Source of the DNA: Sedimentisphaerales bacterium
Lineage (GTDB): Bacteria > Planctomycetota > Phycisphaerae > Sedimentisphaerales > Anaerobacaceae
DNA: 64,000 nucleotides
NCBI GenBank assembly: GCA_963708075.1
Contig: OY970194.1
Coordinates: forward strand, 3,552,001-3,616,000
Direction of reading: 5' to 3'
The notes beneath the pieces are model-generated. The model searched no databases. It saw only the letters and a program-made list of their open reading frames with translations, and was not told the origin of the DNA. The translations under genes were made by a program, and so were the position numbers. Shown here one piece after another: positions 20,869 through 32,423 of the stretch (position 1 is the first letter of the stretch; the number at the start of each line of letters is the position of its first letter).

Positions 20869-21302
20869 TGCTACCTCGTTCTAAATCACCCTGCTCTTAC
20901 TTCTAAAATGCGAAATCTCACACACGTCGAACTCAGTCGCGGCCCATAGCCGCGCTTGAGTACCACCCCTTTTGCAGGCCGATGGCTGACCCGTACATTG
21001 ATACACCCATACCCTCGCCGGAGTCGCGAGGGGAACCAGCCACACAATAGCATCTACCTAATCAGACAGCGTGCGGCGGGGAAAGTTCCCGATCGGCCCA
21101 CAAAAAACACAGTTTTCAGTGTTGATCACTTTGCCACGGGTGGCGCCAAACCCGGGGCATCGTTATGAGGCGTGAGTCGCGTTGTGACGTGAGGCCGCCG
21201 AAGGTTCGATAATGTGTCTGCCGAGATGTGACAAGATCGCGAGTCTCAATCGATGATGAGGATTGTAGAGGTGACGACGAGGCGAAAATCCGGAGCAGCG
21301 AA

Positions 21303-22214
21303 TCACTGTTTCGGGGGACGAGGCTGGCTCATCTTCCGCAGGATTTCACGGCGCTTCTCAATCTGGCTGTCCTTTGTCCCATTCAGTTTCTCGCCCAGCT
21401 TCTCCAGATTCTGAGCCTCTTCCGCACCGACAATCGATGACTTGTACTCAGTAATCAGCTTGCCTGCCGCCGCGGCTTTCTCCGCGGAGACCGTGTTGGA
21501 ATCGACTTGACTGGACTTGTTCTCTTTCTGAAGCTCCTGCTTGAGCCTTTGCACCAACTCGTCCAGACTTGCCGCGTCCGGTCCGGTAAGATGGGCCGAC
21601 AGCGGCGAAGCCCCCTCGGTAATCCGATCCGACGCAGAGGATCCGACGCCCGTTTCCAGAATGCTCGCCGTATCGATCGTCGATTCCACCGACATCTCAT
21701 TCATGCGCTGCCCATCGGAGCAGATGATTGAGCTGCCCTTCACCTGCTTGACAATCAAGTGACCGACTTCGCTGCCCGGGCAAACCCACTGGTACGTATT
21801 ATCGGGCAGACGAATGTAGGCAAAGCAGCTTGCGGGATCGGATGGCGAGTAACTGATCCCGATGAGGTCGAACTTAGCGGTTGACACCGGGGGCTTGACA
21901 GAAGGCGTTGGGATTCGCGTGTTCGAGGGCACCGGAGCCTGAGCCGCCTGTGTAATGCGTGGATTGAGGATCTCTTCCAGCATCTGCGCCTGCTTTACCA
22001 GGGGCGGGGTCTTGTCCTGACTGTTCGCGACATCGTTATGGTCCTGGCGGCTGTTGAATCTCGTGACGGCGCTGGGCGCTTCCAGGAATTGCCTGGCGTC
22101 ACGATCCTGCGTGATGCCCAGGCGGAGCGGGCGCACAGGCCACTTGATGGATGCCAGCACCAGGCCCGTGCCGATCAACGCTACCAAACCAATTAAGCGC
22201 ACCATTCTTACCAT
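21303..22214 (-). CDS. GspC-like protein
   Basis: N-terminal TM helix and HR-like domain (FDLIGI...AYI...QWV..G..VG); directly upstream of gspD. Confidence 0.55.
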   Translation of the reverse strand: MVRMVRLIGLVALIGTGLVLASIKWPVRPLRLGITQDRDARQFLEAPSAVTRFNSRQDHNDVANSQDKTPPLVKQAQMLEEILNPRITQAAQAPVPSNTRIPTPSVKPPVSTAKFDLIGISYSPSDPASCFAYIRLPDNTYQWVCPGSEVGHLIVKQVKGSSIICSDGQRMNEMSVESTIDTASILETGVGSSASDRITEGASPLSAHLTGPDAASLDELVQRLKQELQKENKSSQVDSNTVSAEKAAAAGKLITEYKSSIVGAEEAQNLEKLGEKLNGTKDSQIEKRREILRKMSQPRPPKQ

Positions 22215-22258
22215 AGGCTATCTTACCTTCTACTACAGTGTTTGACATGATCCGCCGC

Positions 22259-23632
22259 CTACGGTTCCCGCCAATGCACGATTTTTTTCATAAACTCCTC
22301 CTCGTGGCCGGCATATTCGCCGCTGTGCTCGGGCGTATGACAATTCAGGCAGTTCTTCCTGGGTTCTGAGGTTGGGACCTGCCCGGCCGTCTGCGAGTGC
22401 GCGGAGCCGGGACCGTGACAGACCTCGCAGCCCACGTCCTTCAAATGCGGCGTCTGTTCCTCCGTGATAAAGCCCTCTGAGTACTCCATGCCCACGACAT
22501 GGCAAACCACGCACTCCGGATCGCGGTCCGAGCCGACCTTCTGGAGCGTGGCAAAGGCGCCGGCGTGAGGTTTCGCGCTCCACTTCCCGTGCTCGTACTC
22601 ATGGCATCGCGCACAAGTCTTGGAGCCGACAAAGGTTACATCTTGTTCCGGCAGCGGAATACGCGGGTACCTCTCGAGCAGATTGCCATCTTTGACAAGC
22701 TGCTGATAAGACTGATAAAGGCGAACGAGGGCTTCATCCTTGGGCAGTTCCTCAGCGACAGGGACATCGGCAAACCGCAGGGCCAACGGTCCGTTTGGGG
22801 CCGGGACAGTCACGCCGACGCGGGATACATGGCGTCCGAATCGACCCACCGTAAAGGCCAGCGGCCTGGCGCCCGGCTTGCTCAGCAGCCGCGGCTCGTC
22901 GGAATCCGAGGGGCAGATCACGCAATCGATGGCTGGTGGCACCATGCTCAAGATATCCCGAGCGACACGGCTGTCGCACCCGTCCAGGATCAGGATGTTG
23001 ACTCGCTGAGCGGGGTCACCGTCCGGAAAAAGTCTCGCTGCCTGGTTTATGGGGCCCGCTTGGGCATCAAAAGCCGCGATATTGACGGCAACCGCGCGGC
23101 CCCCGATCCTGAACTGCCTGGCGAAAGACGAGGACACACCCGCATCCTGCCCGCCCGCTGCAACGATCTGAAATGGCTTGTCACCCTCATCCAGGACACC
23201 CAGATTCGCAGCGATTTTCCCGTCCTGCGGGGTCAGGTGGACCAGATCGTAGCCGAGGAGCCGAAATCCCTCGAACAGGATGCGAAACTTGATGAGGTCC
23301 TGCTCACCATCGCTCTGGACCATGCCGCCGGTGTCAACAATCAGCCGGTTGGCTTGAGGGGCGGTGGCGAAGATACTCGTCCGCCTCTCCAGGCCACCCA
23401 ACTGTCCCCCGGAGCAACCGCAGGGCTTGAGGGCGCCAAGAGCACTTCCCGTGAAGAAGAGGACGATATCATCGCGGCTCCGGGCAACTGTCCCTGCCGG
23501 CGTTTGCACCTGCTGCGGCGGACAAGACAGACCCGCAGCCAATATGCAAATGCTTGCGGCTGCAAGTGTTACGCGCGTGCATCCGGATGCCGGTCTATGC
23601 CCAAGCCTCACTGCCCTGTTCCTCATAGACAC
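22259..23632 (-). CDS. Tetraheme cytochrome c (c554-like) fused to an UshA/5'-nucleotidase-like N-terminal domain
   Basis: Four CxxCH motifs (CARCH, CVVCH, CEVCH, CLNCH); N-terminal GALKPCGC..GQLGGLERR and LIVDTG; signal peptide ending GLSC. Confidence 0.88.
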   Translation of the reverse strand: MSMRNRAVRLGHRPASGCTRVTLAAASICILAAGLSCPPQQVQTPAGTVARSRDDIVLFFTGSALGALKPCGCSGGQLGGLERRTSIFATAPQANRLIVDTGGMVQSDGEQDLIKFRILFEGFRLLGYDLVHLTPQDGKIAANLGVLDEGDKPFQIVAAGGQDAGVSSSFARQFRIGGRAVAVNIAAFDAQAGPINQAARLFPDGDPAQRVNILILDGCDSRVARDILSMVPPAIDCVICPSDSDEPRLLSKPGARPLAFTVGRFGRHVSRVGVTVPAPNGPLALRFADVPVAEELPKDEALVRLYQSYQQLVKDGNLLERYPRIPLPEQDVTFVGSKTCARCHEYEHGKWSAKPHAGAFATLQKVGSDRDPECVVCHVVGMEYSEGFITEEQTPHLKDVGCEVCHGPGSAHSQTAGQVPTSEPRKNCLNCHTPEHSGEYAGHEEEFMKKIVHWREP

Positions 23633-23638
23633 GGCGGA

Positions 23639-24893
23639 CTACTTGGCCGCGTAGAAGCCGCGGCACTGAACCGTCAACGTCTCGCCGCCCTTGAGCTTGA
23701 TTTCCAGGACATCGGACAGGATGGAACGCTGGTCGGCCATGACCGGCGGCATGATCTCAATTTTCACCTGATACCGCGTCCCGGTCTTCCCACTGTCGCC
23801 GGCCGTCCCTTCCGCTTTCGCCGCCCCCGGCACTTTCCGGGTCTCGGCAGCCTTCATCGTGCCTCGCTGGGACGAGAACCGATTCGATCTCGAAATCCTC
23901 GTCGTAGTTGCTCAGAACCCAGAGGTCCCGCGGGATGGGCTCATTCGCCTTGACGTTGAACAGCGTCAACTGCGACGGCGTGACCGAGAATTCCGCAATA
24001 ACATCGTACGGGATATCCACCTGACTGCATTCCGGATGAGTCAGGCTGACTCTGACACTGCCCTTCGGATTGCGGGTGAGCTTCGCTGCATCGGCTTTCG
24101 GCTGCAGGACGAACTCGGTGGCCTTCACGTTCGGGTCGAAGTCGGCAGTGAGTGTGCCGGCGGTGGCACGGAAGCCCGAGATCGAGAATGGCTTGCCATC
24201 GGTGCTCTTGAGCGTGATCTGGCCGCAACCGGCGTTTGCCTTCTTGGGGAAAAGGTTCAGGTGGTTCGGATAGTGCTCGATCCGATAGACAACATTGGCC
24301 TTGATGGACAAATCTATAGCCTGCTGATCGGGATCGTTCGTCTGCATCGTGATCCTGCGAACGAGCGCGCCCGGATACGGTCCGGTTCGGTAATCCACCT
24401 CCAGCGCACCGCTCTCGCCAGGGGCAAATTCCTGTCCATCCCTGACACCCCGTAGCACCGACCCGCAGCAGCCCTTGACGTGGACAACTTTCAAGGGAGC
24501 ACTACCCGCGTTTTTGAACTCGAATTTCGTAGTGCGACTCGCTTCCGGCCCGACGTCGCCGAAGTCCTGCACGATCGTCTTGAACTCGATTTTCGGCGTG
24601 CCGGCGACGGGCTGTTGTTGCGCTGGCGCCTGACTCTCCGGAGGCGCGCTTGGCGCCGGCTGACTTTCACTCACTGCCGGCGCTTCCGCCGCGACTTTCT
24701 CAGATGCCGCAGGCTGCGCCTGGACCACGGGCGAGCTCGTGCTCAAGGGCGTCTGGGCCTCCTGCGACGCCTTCTGGCAGCCCGGCTGCAACAGCAGCAC
24801 AGCCGTACAGAATAGCAGTGCAATCACCGCGAATGAAAAAGACAACCCCTGAGGGTGAGCCACCATCCAATTTCCTACGCGAGTCTTGACCAT
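23639..24893 (-). CDS. DUF1573-like Ig-fold lipoprotein, frameshifted at about 23877
   Basis: QDFGDV..FEFKNAGSAPLKV..VKGCCG and lipobox QPGC. Removing one base gives EIESVSSQRGTMKAAE, joining ORF 23639-23857. Confidence 0.78.
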
Positions 24894-25094
24894 GTTCTTC
24901 AACTCCCCAATCAAGTTCGTCGTAAACCGAAAGTATTTGCGAGGCACCATTGTATCGGCAGAAAACCAAGCAAGCAAGAAAATACACGTCATCCCGGACA
25001 AATTCATAGTATGCCCCTGTATTTTGTGGGGCATGATAGGAAGAACAATCGCTAGGGCGGGTCAACCCCTCTGCCTTGGTGGGGTTTTCCCAAT

Positions 25095-25124
25095 TTGACT
25101 CCAACGCCCTTCCTCTGGTATACT
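25095..25124 (+). promoter_or_regulatory. Putative sigma70 promoter of the GLUG gene
   Basis: TTGACT-N18-TATACT with an extended TGn. Confidence 0.5.
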
Positions 25125-27152
25125 GGCCACGGATAAACGGAGAGCCGGTGGCCCGCCACATCATACCTGCCGGCGCAGTGAGAACCGCCGAAACACTTGA
25201 CGGTCATCGGATACGATGGGCTTTGGCCCATATGGACTCTGGACAAGGGGGTGGAGGACAGAAGCATGACGGTGGAGCGGAATCGGTGCGTCCTGGGGAT
25301 AGTCCCTTTACTGGTCACAATATGCCTGGTGAGTCTCCCTGCGTACGCCAAATACAGATACAGCGGCGGGACGGGAGAGCCGAACGACCCGTACCAGATC
25401 GCCACGCCCGCTGATCTGATCGCCGTCGGTGAGACTTCCGAAGACTACGGCAAGCACTTCATCCTGACCGCCGACATCGACCTCGACCCGAACCTCCCCG
25501 GCCGCCAGGCGTTCAACCGGGCCGTGATCGCACCGGACATGAACGACGCAGCGATAGGCTTCCAGGGCCCTGCCTTCACGGGCACGCTCGATGGCCAGGG
25601 CCACGCTATCGCGGGTCTGGTTATCGACTCGAACGTCCCTTACGCCGGGCTATTCGGCGCGATCGGCAGTCGCGGATGTGTGTGCAATGTACACATAGTC
25701 GGTGGCTCAGTACGCGGCTATGCATTCTACTCCAAAACTAGCGACGGCGGCCTGCTTATGGATGGTGGCACGGGCAGTCTGGCAGGTGTCAATCAAGGTC
25801 TGATCAAAGCTTGCTGGAGCACAGGATTGGTCAACGGCAACGGTCGTGTCGGTGGCCTGGCAGGCTGGAACTTCTGTGGTACGATCATGGCCTGCTTGAG
25901 CACGAGCTCAGTCAGTGGTAATAGTGAGGTCGGGGGCTTGGTGGGGTCCAACAACTATGGCGTGATCTTGGCCTGCTACAATACTGGCCCAGTCAGTGGC
26001 AAGGACAATGTCGGCGGCTTGGTGGGGGATCATTTCTTTGGCACGGTCTTATCCTGCTACAGCACAGGCTCAGTCCGCGGAACCACGTATATCGGCGGTT
26101 TGGTGGGGTGCAACAGCAGCGCCGTGATCGCCGAGTGCTATAGCGTGGGCTCGGTCAGGGGAAACGACGACGTCGGGGGCTTGGTGGGGCGTGATTTCTT
26201 CGGTGCGACGTCGGCCTGCTTCTGGGATGTCGAGACCTCCGGCCAATCCAAAAGCCCAGGTGGTACGGGTCTGACGACCGCCCAGATGGCGGCTGTGCGG
26301 ACCTTTACGGATGTCGGCTGGGACTTCCTGGGCGAAAGGGCGAATGGCTTGAGTGAGTACTGGCAGATGCCAGCCGGGAGTGGGTATCCTGTGCTGAGCA
26401 TCTTCAATGACCACGTCCCTCATTCCTTTCAGGGAAGGGGGACCTCGGATGCCCCATACCTCATAGAGGCGGCTGAGGATCTGGGGGCGATGTGGTACCA
26501 CCCGATGGCCTCATATCGACTCGTGGCAGACGTGGACCTGTCCGGGACGAAGTGGGGCATGGGTGTCATACCTGCGTTTTGGGGGAGCCTGGACGGACAG
26601 GGACATCGGATTACGAGAATGACGATCGCAGGTGGTGGATACCTCGGACTGATCGGTCTGCTCTTTTCGGGTGCGGTGATCAAAGACCTTGGCCTTGAGG
26701 ATGTGAACAACGTTGGTACGAGCGATCAGGTTGGCGCGTTAGTTGGGTATGATCTCTGGGCTACGATCTCGGCCTGTCACACCACAGGATCGGTCCGCGG
26801 GAGGGATTGTGTTGGCGGACTGACCGGGACCTGCTACTTCGGCGTGATCTCAAATTGCCGCAGCGAGGCCTCCGTCTGCGGTACGCGTGAGTTCTCCGGC
26901 GGTTTGGTGGGGTTCAGCTACTACGGCACGATCTTGTCCTGCTATACCACGGGCCCGGTCAGCGGTAACGACTACGTCGGTGGCTTGGTGGGATACAACG
27001 GCAATGGTGCGCTCTCGGCATGTTACAGCACAGGCAAGATTGTCGGAACAGGCTCGTGCGTGGGTGGCCTGGCAGGGGACAACGGCTCGGGCACTATCTC
27101 GGCTTGTTGCAGCACGGGCCCGGTTGATGGCGTCCGCTTAGTCGGTGGTCTA

Positions 27153-28298
27153 AGTAGGTAGCCAAAAGTCTTCACACAAAAGCCTTGAGCCAGAAATCCG
27201 CCGACAAGACACCGGCTTTGCGGAGGCCCTGGGTCGCAGTTAGTCCCAAGAGCCACTGTTCCGCGTAGGCCGCCTCATCATCAATCGTTTGGAACTGGCG
27301 ATTGGCCGCAATCAACCGTTTCAACTCCTTCCAGAGATGATCCTGAGAGTTCAGTTCCGGGCACTGCTTCGGCAACCACAAGAGGGTCACCTCCAAGTGG
27401 GTGGCCAGTCGTTGGCTTTTGATCGCCTGATGAAAAGAGGCCTTGTCCAGCAACAGCCAAATCGGGCGTCCGGGATACCGTCGCCGCAACTCCCGCAGGA
27501 AGGCTTGAAAGTCCTCTTGCCGCTGGCGGGGCCGACGCAGGACCACCCGGTGTCCGGTTCGTGGATTGATCGTGCCGAACAGAACCCGTTTGTCGTTTTG
27601 CCCCGTGATCTTGACCTGCGCCTGTTCGCCGCGAAACGCCCACACATAGCGCAAGGGCGGAAACCAGCGGAGGATGGTCGCATCCGAAAACAACAGCACC
27701 GCCAGCGCCGGCATCCGTTTCAGGCGGCGAACCAGGCCCCCTTTTTCTGGGCTCGGTTCGGGTCCTTGGTCGCATAGACATACCGGGGACGTTTCCACCG
27801 CAGATCCAAGTCCCGCATCCGCCGCCGCAGGGTACGAGGCGAGATTGCACACCCGTACCTTTGCTGGAGGTGATCTGCCAGCAAGGACACCGTCCAACCC
27901 GTGGCGCGATAGCCCAAACGCATCGGGTCCCGGCGGAACTCGCGTACCAGACGGGCGTCCGTGATCGGCGTGGCGACCGGAGGCCGTCCGGAACGCGGTG
28001 CGTCCTGCAGGCGGTCTGGACAATGGGTGTGCAGATAGGCCCGCACCCAGCGATAGACGCTCCACGGCCGGGTCCCGGTGATCTGCGCTGCTTCCGGAAC
28101 CGTCCGACCCTGGGCCACCAACAGGATCGCTCCGATACGCCGGTAGGTGCGAATGTCAGCGACCCCCTGTAAGGCCCGCGTAAGACGATGTTTATCATAT
28201 CGATCGAAACCACGTTCTGAGGCGCTCTTCGTTCTTCGCATGTACCCCATCATACACGCGAAGAGAATCGTTCCTGTGAAAACTTTTGGCTACCTACT
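27153..28298 (-). mobile_element. Intact IS630-family insertion sequence
   Basis: 24-bp terminal inverted repeats AGTAGGTAGCCAAAAGT(C/T)TTCACA with one mismatch; TA duplicated at 27151-52 and 28299-300; CTAG target. Confidence 0.96.
27172..28253 (-). CDS. IS630 transposase, two ORFs joined by a probable -1 frameshift
   Basis: ORF A carries the HTH (27720-28253) and ORF B the DDE domain (FSDAT, LLDKASFH, LPKQCPELNSQDHLW). AAAAAGGGGG run at 27737-27746. Confidence 0.88.
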
Positions 28299-29566
28299 TA
28301 GCAGGGGCAAACACCGGCGGTACGATCTCAGCCTGTTACAGCACAGGTTCGGTCAGCAGCAAGGACTACGCCGGTGGTTTGGTCGGATTCAACTACAGCG
28401 GCTCGATCTCAGGTTGCTACAGCACAGGATGGGTTAGCAGAAGCAACGATGTCGGCGGCTTGGCGGGGAGCTCCGACAACAAGATCTCAGCCTGCTTCTG
28501 GGACACCCAGACCTCCGGCCAGACCAGCAGTGCAGGCGGCACTGGCAAAACGACAGCCCAGATGCAGACAGCTAAGACGTTCGTCGACGCCAGATGGGAC
28601 TTCGTGGGCGAGACGAGCAATGGGACGGAGGATGTCTGGTGGATCTTCGAAGGGAAGGACTATCCGCATCTGTGGTGGGAGCGGGTGCTGGGGGATGACT
28701 TCCAGGATGGTGAGCCGGGGTCACTGTGGCTGGAGTATGTGCCGGATGCGAGCAAGATATCGGTGAAGGAGACGAACGGCCGGCTGGAGGTCTATGCCTC
28801 GGCCCTGGCGGACGATATCGACGCGGTGTACGTCTCCAACGGCTGGCGGCTGGATGTCAGCAAGGATTTCGCCCTGCGGGTCGATTTCCACTACAGCAAG
28901 CGAGACCCCGGCGATAGTTGGGTGATGGTTGCGCTGTTGCCGAGCGTACAGATACCCGTCAGCCGGATCATCACCTTCGAGGCCGGCTGCATGAATGACG
29001 AGCCGTTCTACCTCTACGAGGCCATCGACGGCTTCTGGAGACACGAAGAAACCTCGTACCGCGCCCCCGATGAAGGCACGTTGTACGTGTCGTACGACGC
29101 TGCCACCGATGAGATGTATCTGAGCTACAAGGGCTACGGCAAGGCGAACGCGTGGCGAACGGTCGCGGGGCTGCTGGGGGGCAGGTGGCAAGGGGAGCCC
29201 GTCTATGTGGCGATTGGCGGCGGCTCCGATGGGGTCGTGCTGGAGCCCGGCGACGCCTGGCTGGACGATCTCACCGTAAACTCGGGCACGCTCGCTCCAT
29301 CCGACTCAGGCGACGAAAGCACCCCCGAAAGTGAAGAGTCGGACTTCGAATCCGACTAGGCGGCGACTGCCGCAAGCCATGGCGGGCACGGACGTTACGG
29401 CGGCCAGGTAGACAGGGATCGGCGTCGGCGTCCGCAAGTCCCTGCGGGAAAAGGGGTTAGGTCTTGCGCGGGAGCGTCCGTCGCGTTCGGGGGCAGTGCA
29501 TCAGGGCTCGCGGTATTTGTCAGGCCCTTGGGCGGAAAACCGAACAAATCCTGTGAAAAAATGCTA

Positions 29567-29594
29567 TTGAAATGTGTGCGCCTTGTGGTAAACT
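29567..29594 (+). promoter_or_regulatory. Putative sigma70 promoter of rpmE-prfA
   Basis: TTGAAA-N16-TAAACT with an extended TGn. Confidence 0.45.
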
Positions 29595-29627
29595 ACATGG
29601 TTTCTGGTGTTCATGGGAGTCCAAACG

Positions 29628-29864
29628 ATGAAGGAAAAAATACATCCGAAGTACGAGAAGGTAGTGGTCCGTTGCGGTTGCGGCAACACGTTCGAGACGC
29701 GCAGCACCGTCGACGCGATCCACGCGGAAATCTGCTCGATGTGCCATCCGTTCTACACGGGCAAGCAGAAGTTCGTGGACACGGCCGGGCGTATCGAGCG
29801 ATTCCAGAAGAAGTACGGCGACTCGTACCGCAAGAAGACCAAAGAAGAACCGAAGAAGCAGTAA
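29628..29864 (+). CDS. rpmE: 50S ribosomal protein L31 (zinc-binding type)
   Basis: [32 protein letters not shown]. Confidence 0.97.
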   Translation: MKEKIHPKYEKVVVRCGCGNTFETRSTVDAIHAEICSMCHPFYTGKQKFVDTAGRIERFQKKYGDSYRKKTKEEPKKQ

Positions 29865-29927
29865 CTTCGCAGGTCACGTGAGAACGAGCTCCTGTTCCCG
29901 TCATGGCGGGTGCAGGGGCTCTTTGTT

Positions 29928-31052
29928 ATGGACAAAGAACAGAACAGCCTTTCGGCCATCCTCGATGGGATCGATGCCCGCTACGACGAGTTGGAGAAGC
30001 AGATTTCCGATCCGACCGTGGCCAGGGAGCATACCCGGCTCGTGGCGATCTCGAAAGAGCGGGGCAAGATCCGGCCTCTCGTCGAGAGATACCGCGAGTA
30101 CAAGGCGGTTGTCGCGGGGATCGGGGATGCCCGGCAGATGCTCGACGACCAGGCGTCGGATGCCGACCTCAAGGCCATGGCCGAGGAGGAGATCGAGCAA
30201 CTGACCGCCAAACGGGACCGGTTGCTGAACGACCTCCAAGACACGCTGATCATGGCCGACGACATGCACATCGGCTCGGTCATCATGGAAATCCGGGCCG
30301 GCACGGGCGGTGAGGAAGCGGCTTTGTTCGCGCGCGACCTCTACGAGATGTATGTCAAGTACGCCGGGAGCCGACGATGGCGGGTGGAACAGCTCGACTT
30401 TAGTCCTTCGGATATGGGAGGCTTTCGCGAGATCATCTTCAACATCAAGGGCGAAGGCGTGTGGGCGGAGCTGGGCTATGAGGGCGGCGGACACCGCGTC
30501 CAACGGGTGCCCGAGACCGAAGCGCAGGGCCGCATCCATACCTCCGCGGCTACCGTTGCCGTGCTGCCGGAGCCGGAGGAAGTGGATATCGAGATCAACC
30601 CGAGCGACGTGGTCGAGCACGTCAGCCGAGCCAGTGGGCCGGGCGGACAGAACGTCAATAAGGTCAGCAGCGCCATCCGACTTGAGCACGTCCCCACCGG
30701 CATTACGGTGAATATGCGGGAGGAGGCAAGCCAGCACAAGAATCGCGCCAAGGCATGGCGAATTCTCCGCAGCCGGATTTACGAGCTTTATGAGGGCAAG
30801 CGCCGGGCCGAGCGGGACTCGCAACGGAAAACGATGATCGGCTCCGGCGACCGGTCGGAAAAGATCCGAACGTACAACTTCCCTCAGAACCGCGTGACCG
30901 ACCATCGGATCGGCCTGTCGCTGTACAATCTCGACAGGATCATCAACGGGGACATGAGCGAGCTGATTGCAGGGCTGCGGGAACACGACCGGCAGCAGCG
31001 GCTGAAGAATCTCCAGCTTTCTCCGGGAGCGGGGGCATCGGCATCGAAGTGA
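29928..31052 (+). CDS. prfA: Peptide chain release factor 1
   Basis: [21 protein letters not shown] (PxT motif), [23 protein letters not shown]. Confidence 0.97.
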   Translation: MDKEQNSLSAILDGIDARYDELEKQISDPTVAREHTRLVAISKERGKIRPLVERYREYKAVVAGIGDARQMLDDQASDADLKAMAEEEIEQLTAKRDRLLNDLQDTLIMADDMHIGSVIMEIRAGTGGEEAALFARDLYEMYVKYAGSRRWRVEQLDFSPSDMGGFREIIFNIKGEGVWAELGYEGGGHRVQRVPETEAQGRIHTSAATVAVLPEPEEVDIEINPSDVVEHVSRASGPGGQNVNKVSSAIRLEHVPTGITVNMREEASQHKNRAKAWRILRSRIYELYEGKRRAERDSQRKTMIGSGDRSEKIRTYNFPQNRVTDHRIGLSLYNLDRIINGDMSELIAGLREHDRQQRLKNLQLSPGAGASASK

Positions 31053-31069
31053 TGAGCCGTGGCCGCGCA

Positions 31070-31181
31070 TGTCGTGCGGAATGAAGTGAAGCATCCGGGC
31101 CACGAGAGGGATATCCAATTCGATTCCCAGATCCTTCGCTGTCGCTCAGAGCTTGCCCTGAGCGGAGTCGAAGGAATGACA
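31070..31181. repeat. TGTC/CGTC-type palindromic repeat element
   Basis: TGTCGTGCGGAATGAAGTGAAGCATCC...AGATCCTTCGCTGTCGCTCAG-AGCTTGCC-CTGAGCGGAGTCGAAGG-AATGACA, with nested inverted repeats. Confidence 0.7.
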
Positions 31182-31239
31182 ATCGCAGGAGAGGGCCGGG
31201 CTCTTCGATGATGTCCATGGAAAGACAGGTTGGGCAAAC

Positions 31240-32352
31240 ATGATCGTCGTCGTTACAGGAATGGTGGGCCTCAACAAGAAGGAGTATCTTGAGAAGGTCT
31301 GCCGTTGTGCCCGACAGTATGGGGGCGAGGTGGGACTCTGCAACGTCGGCGACATGATGTACGCCGAGGCGCCGGACGTGACGCCGGGCAAAATCCTCGA
31401 CATCTCCCTGAAGCGGCTCCATTCCCTGCGCCGCAGCGTGTTCAAGGACATCATCGTGCGGGCCGGCCAAGTCCCCAACCTCATCGTCAATACGCACGCG
31501 ACATTCCGCTGGCGGCACGGGCTCTTTCCCGCCGTGGATTTCGACCAGATGCGACAGCTCAACGCGGACATGTACGTGTGCCTGATCGAGGGCGTCGTCC
31601 CCATGCACCTGCGCCTGCTGGAGCAGCACGCCCTCGAGCACGGCCTGAAGGACCTGATCGTATGGCGGGAAGAGGAGATCATCAGCACGGAGATGCTCTG
31701 CAAGGGCATCAACGACAAGATCCCCTTCTACTGTCTGGCCCGCGGCGGCAAGGAGGAGACGACGGATACGTTCTGCCGACTCATGTTCCGGAGGCATCTC
31801 AAGAAGGCGTATCTCAGCTTTCCCATGACGGCCGTGGCGCGAATCCCGGCCGTGACGGCCGAGATCGACGAATTCCGCCGCCGGATGAAGCGGTCCTTCA
31901 TCAGCTTCGACCCCGGCGACCTGGAGGAGGCCCACCTGCCCATCCTGGCCAGAGAGGCCCGCGAGCAGGGACTCGATTTCATCGAGGTGGCCGCCCTGAA
32001 TCAGCCGGCCCGACTGAGCGTCGATGAGGTCCTGCAGATCGAGCGTGACATCAACAGCCAGATCTACGCCCGCGACTTTCTGCTGATCGACCAGGCCGAC
32101 ATGATCATCAGTTTCGTGCCCGCCCTGCCCGACGGCAGAGCCGCGATCTCCAGCGGCGTCGAGCGCGAGCTCCAGCACGCCCACGAGGCCGCCAAAGAAG
32201 TCTACGTCATCTGGACCGCCCGCCAGGCCCCCTCCGTATTCGTCACCCAAACCGCCAGTAAGGTGTTCTCCAGCATCGATGAGGCGATGAAATTCTTCCA
32301 AACGCGCTACACCCCCGAAGAAATCTGCACGTCACGGAACGAGAGCACGTGA
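31240..32352 (+). CDS. Fusion of an archaeal-type adenylate kinase-like domain and an N-deoxyribosyltransferase/N-glycosidase-like domain
   Basis: N-terminal half: IVVVTGMVGLNKK, NVGDMM, IVNTHATF..HGLFP. C-terminal half: AYLSFPM, FDP, RDFLLIDQAD, SSGVERELQHA. Confidence 0.72.
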   Translation: MIVVVTGMVGLNKKEYLEKVCRCARQYGGEVGLCNVGDMMYAEAPDVTPGKILDISLKRLHSLRRSVFKDIIVRAGQVPNLIVNTHATFRWRHGLFPAVDFDQMRQLNADMYVCLIEGVVPMHLRLLEQHALEHGLKDLIVWREEEIISTEMLCKGINDKIPFYCLARGGKEETTDTFCRLMFRRHLKKAYLSFPMTAVARIPAVTAEIDEFRRRMKRSFISFDPGDLEEAHLPILAREAREQGLDFIEVAALNQPARLSVDEVLQIERDINSQIYARDFLLIDQADMIISFVPALPDGRAAISSGVERELQHAHEAAKEVYVIWTARQAPSVFVTQTASKVFSSIDEAMKFFQTRYTPEEICTSRNEST

Positions 32353-32423
32353 CGTAATGTCCACTCAATGGCTTGCTCCCCCGCACAACAAGCGTCGAAC
32401 CATCAACCAAGCGTGGCGCACTC

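Larger units (their letters stand above)
25266..29359 (+). pseudogene. Secreted GLUG-repeat protein interrupted by IS630
   Basis: Signal peptide, YSGGTGEPNDPYQIAT, and many VGGLVG repeats. Removing the IS plus one TA restores in-frame GTC GGT GGT CTA GCA GGG (VGGLAG) joining 28301-29359. Confidence 0.92.

Noticed and set aside
22259..23632. Selenoprotein recoding in the cytochrome
   Set aside because: The motif is encoded as Cys-Gly-Cys with no in-frame TGA.
29430..29462. Imperfect palindrome CGCAAGTCCCT...AGGGGTTAGG as a recombination site
   Set aside because: Too degenerate, with no recombinase or second copy in the window.
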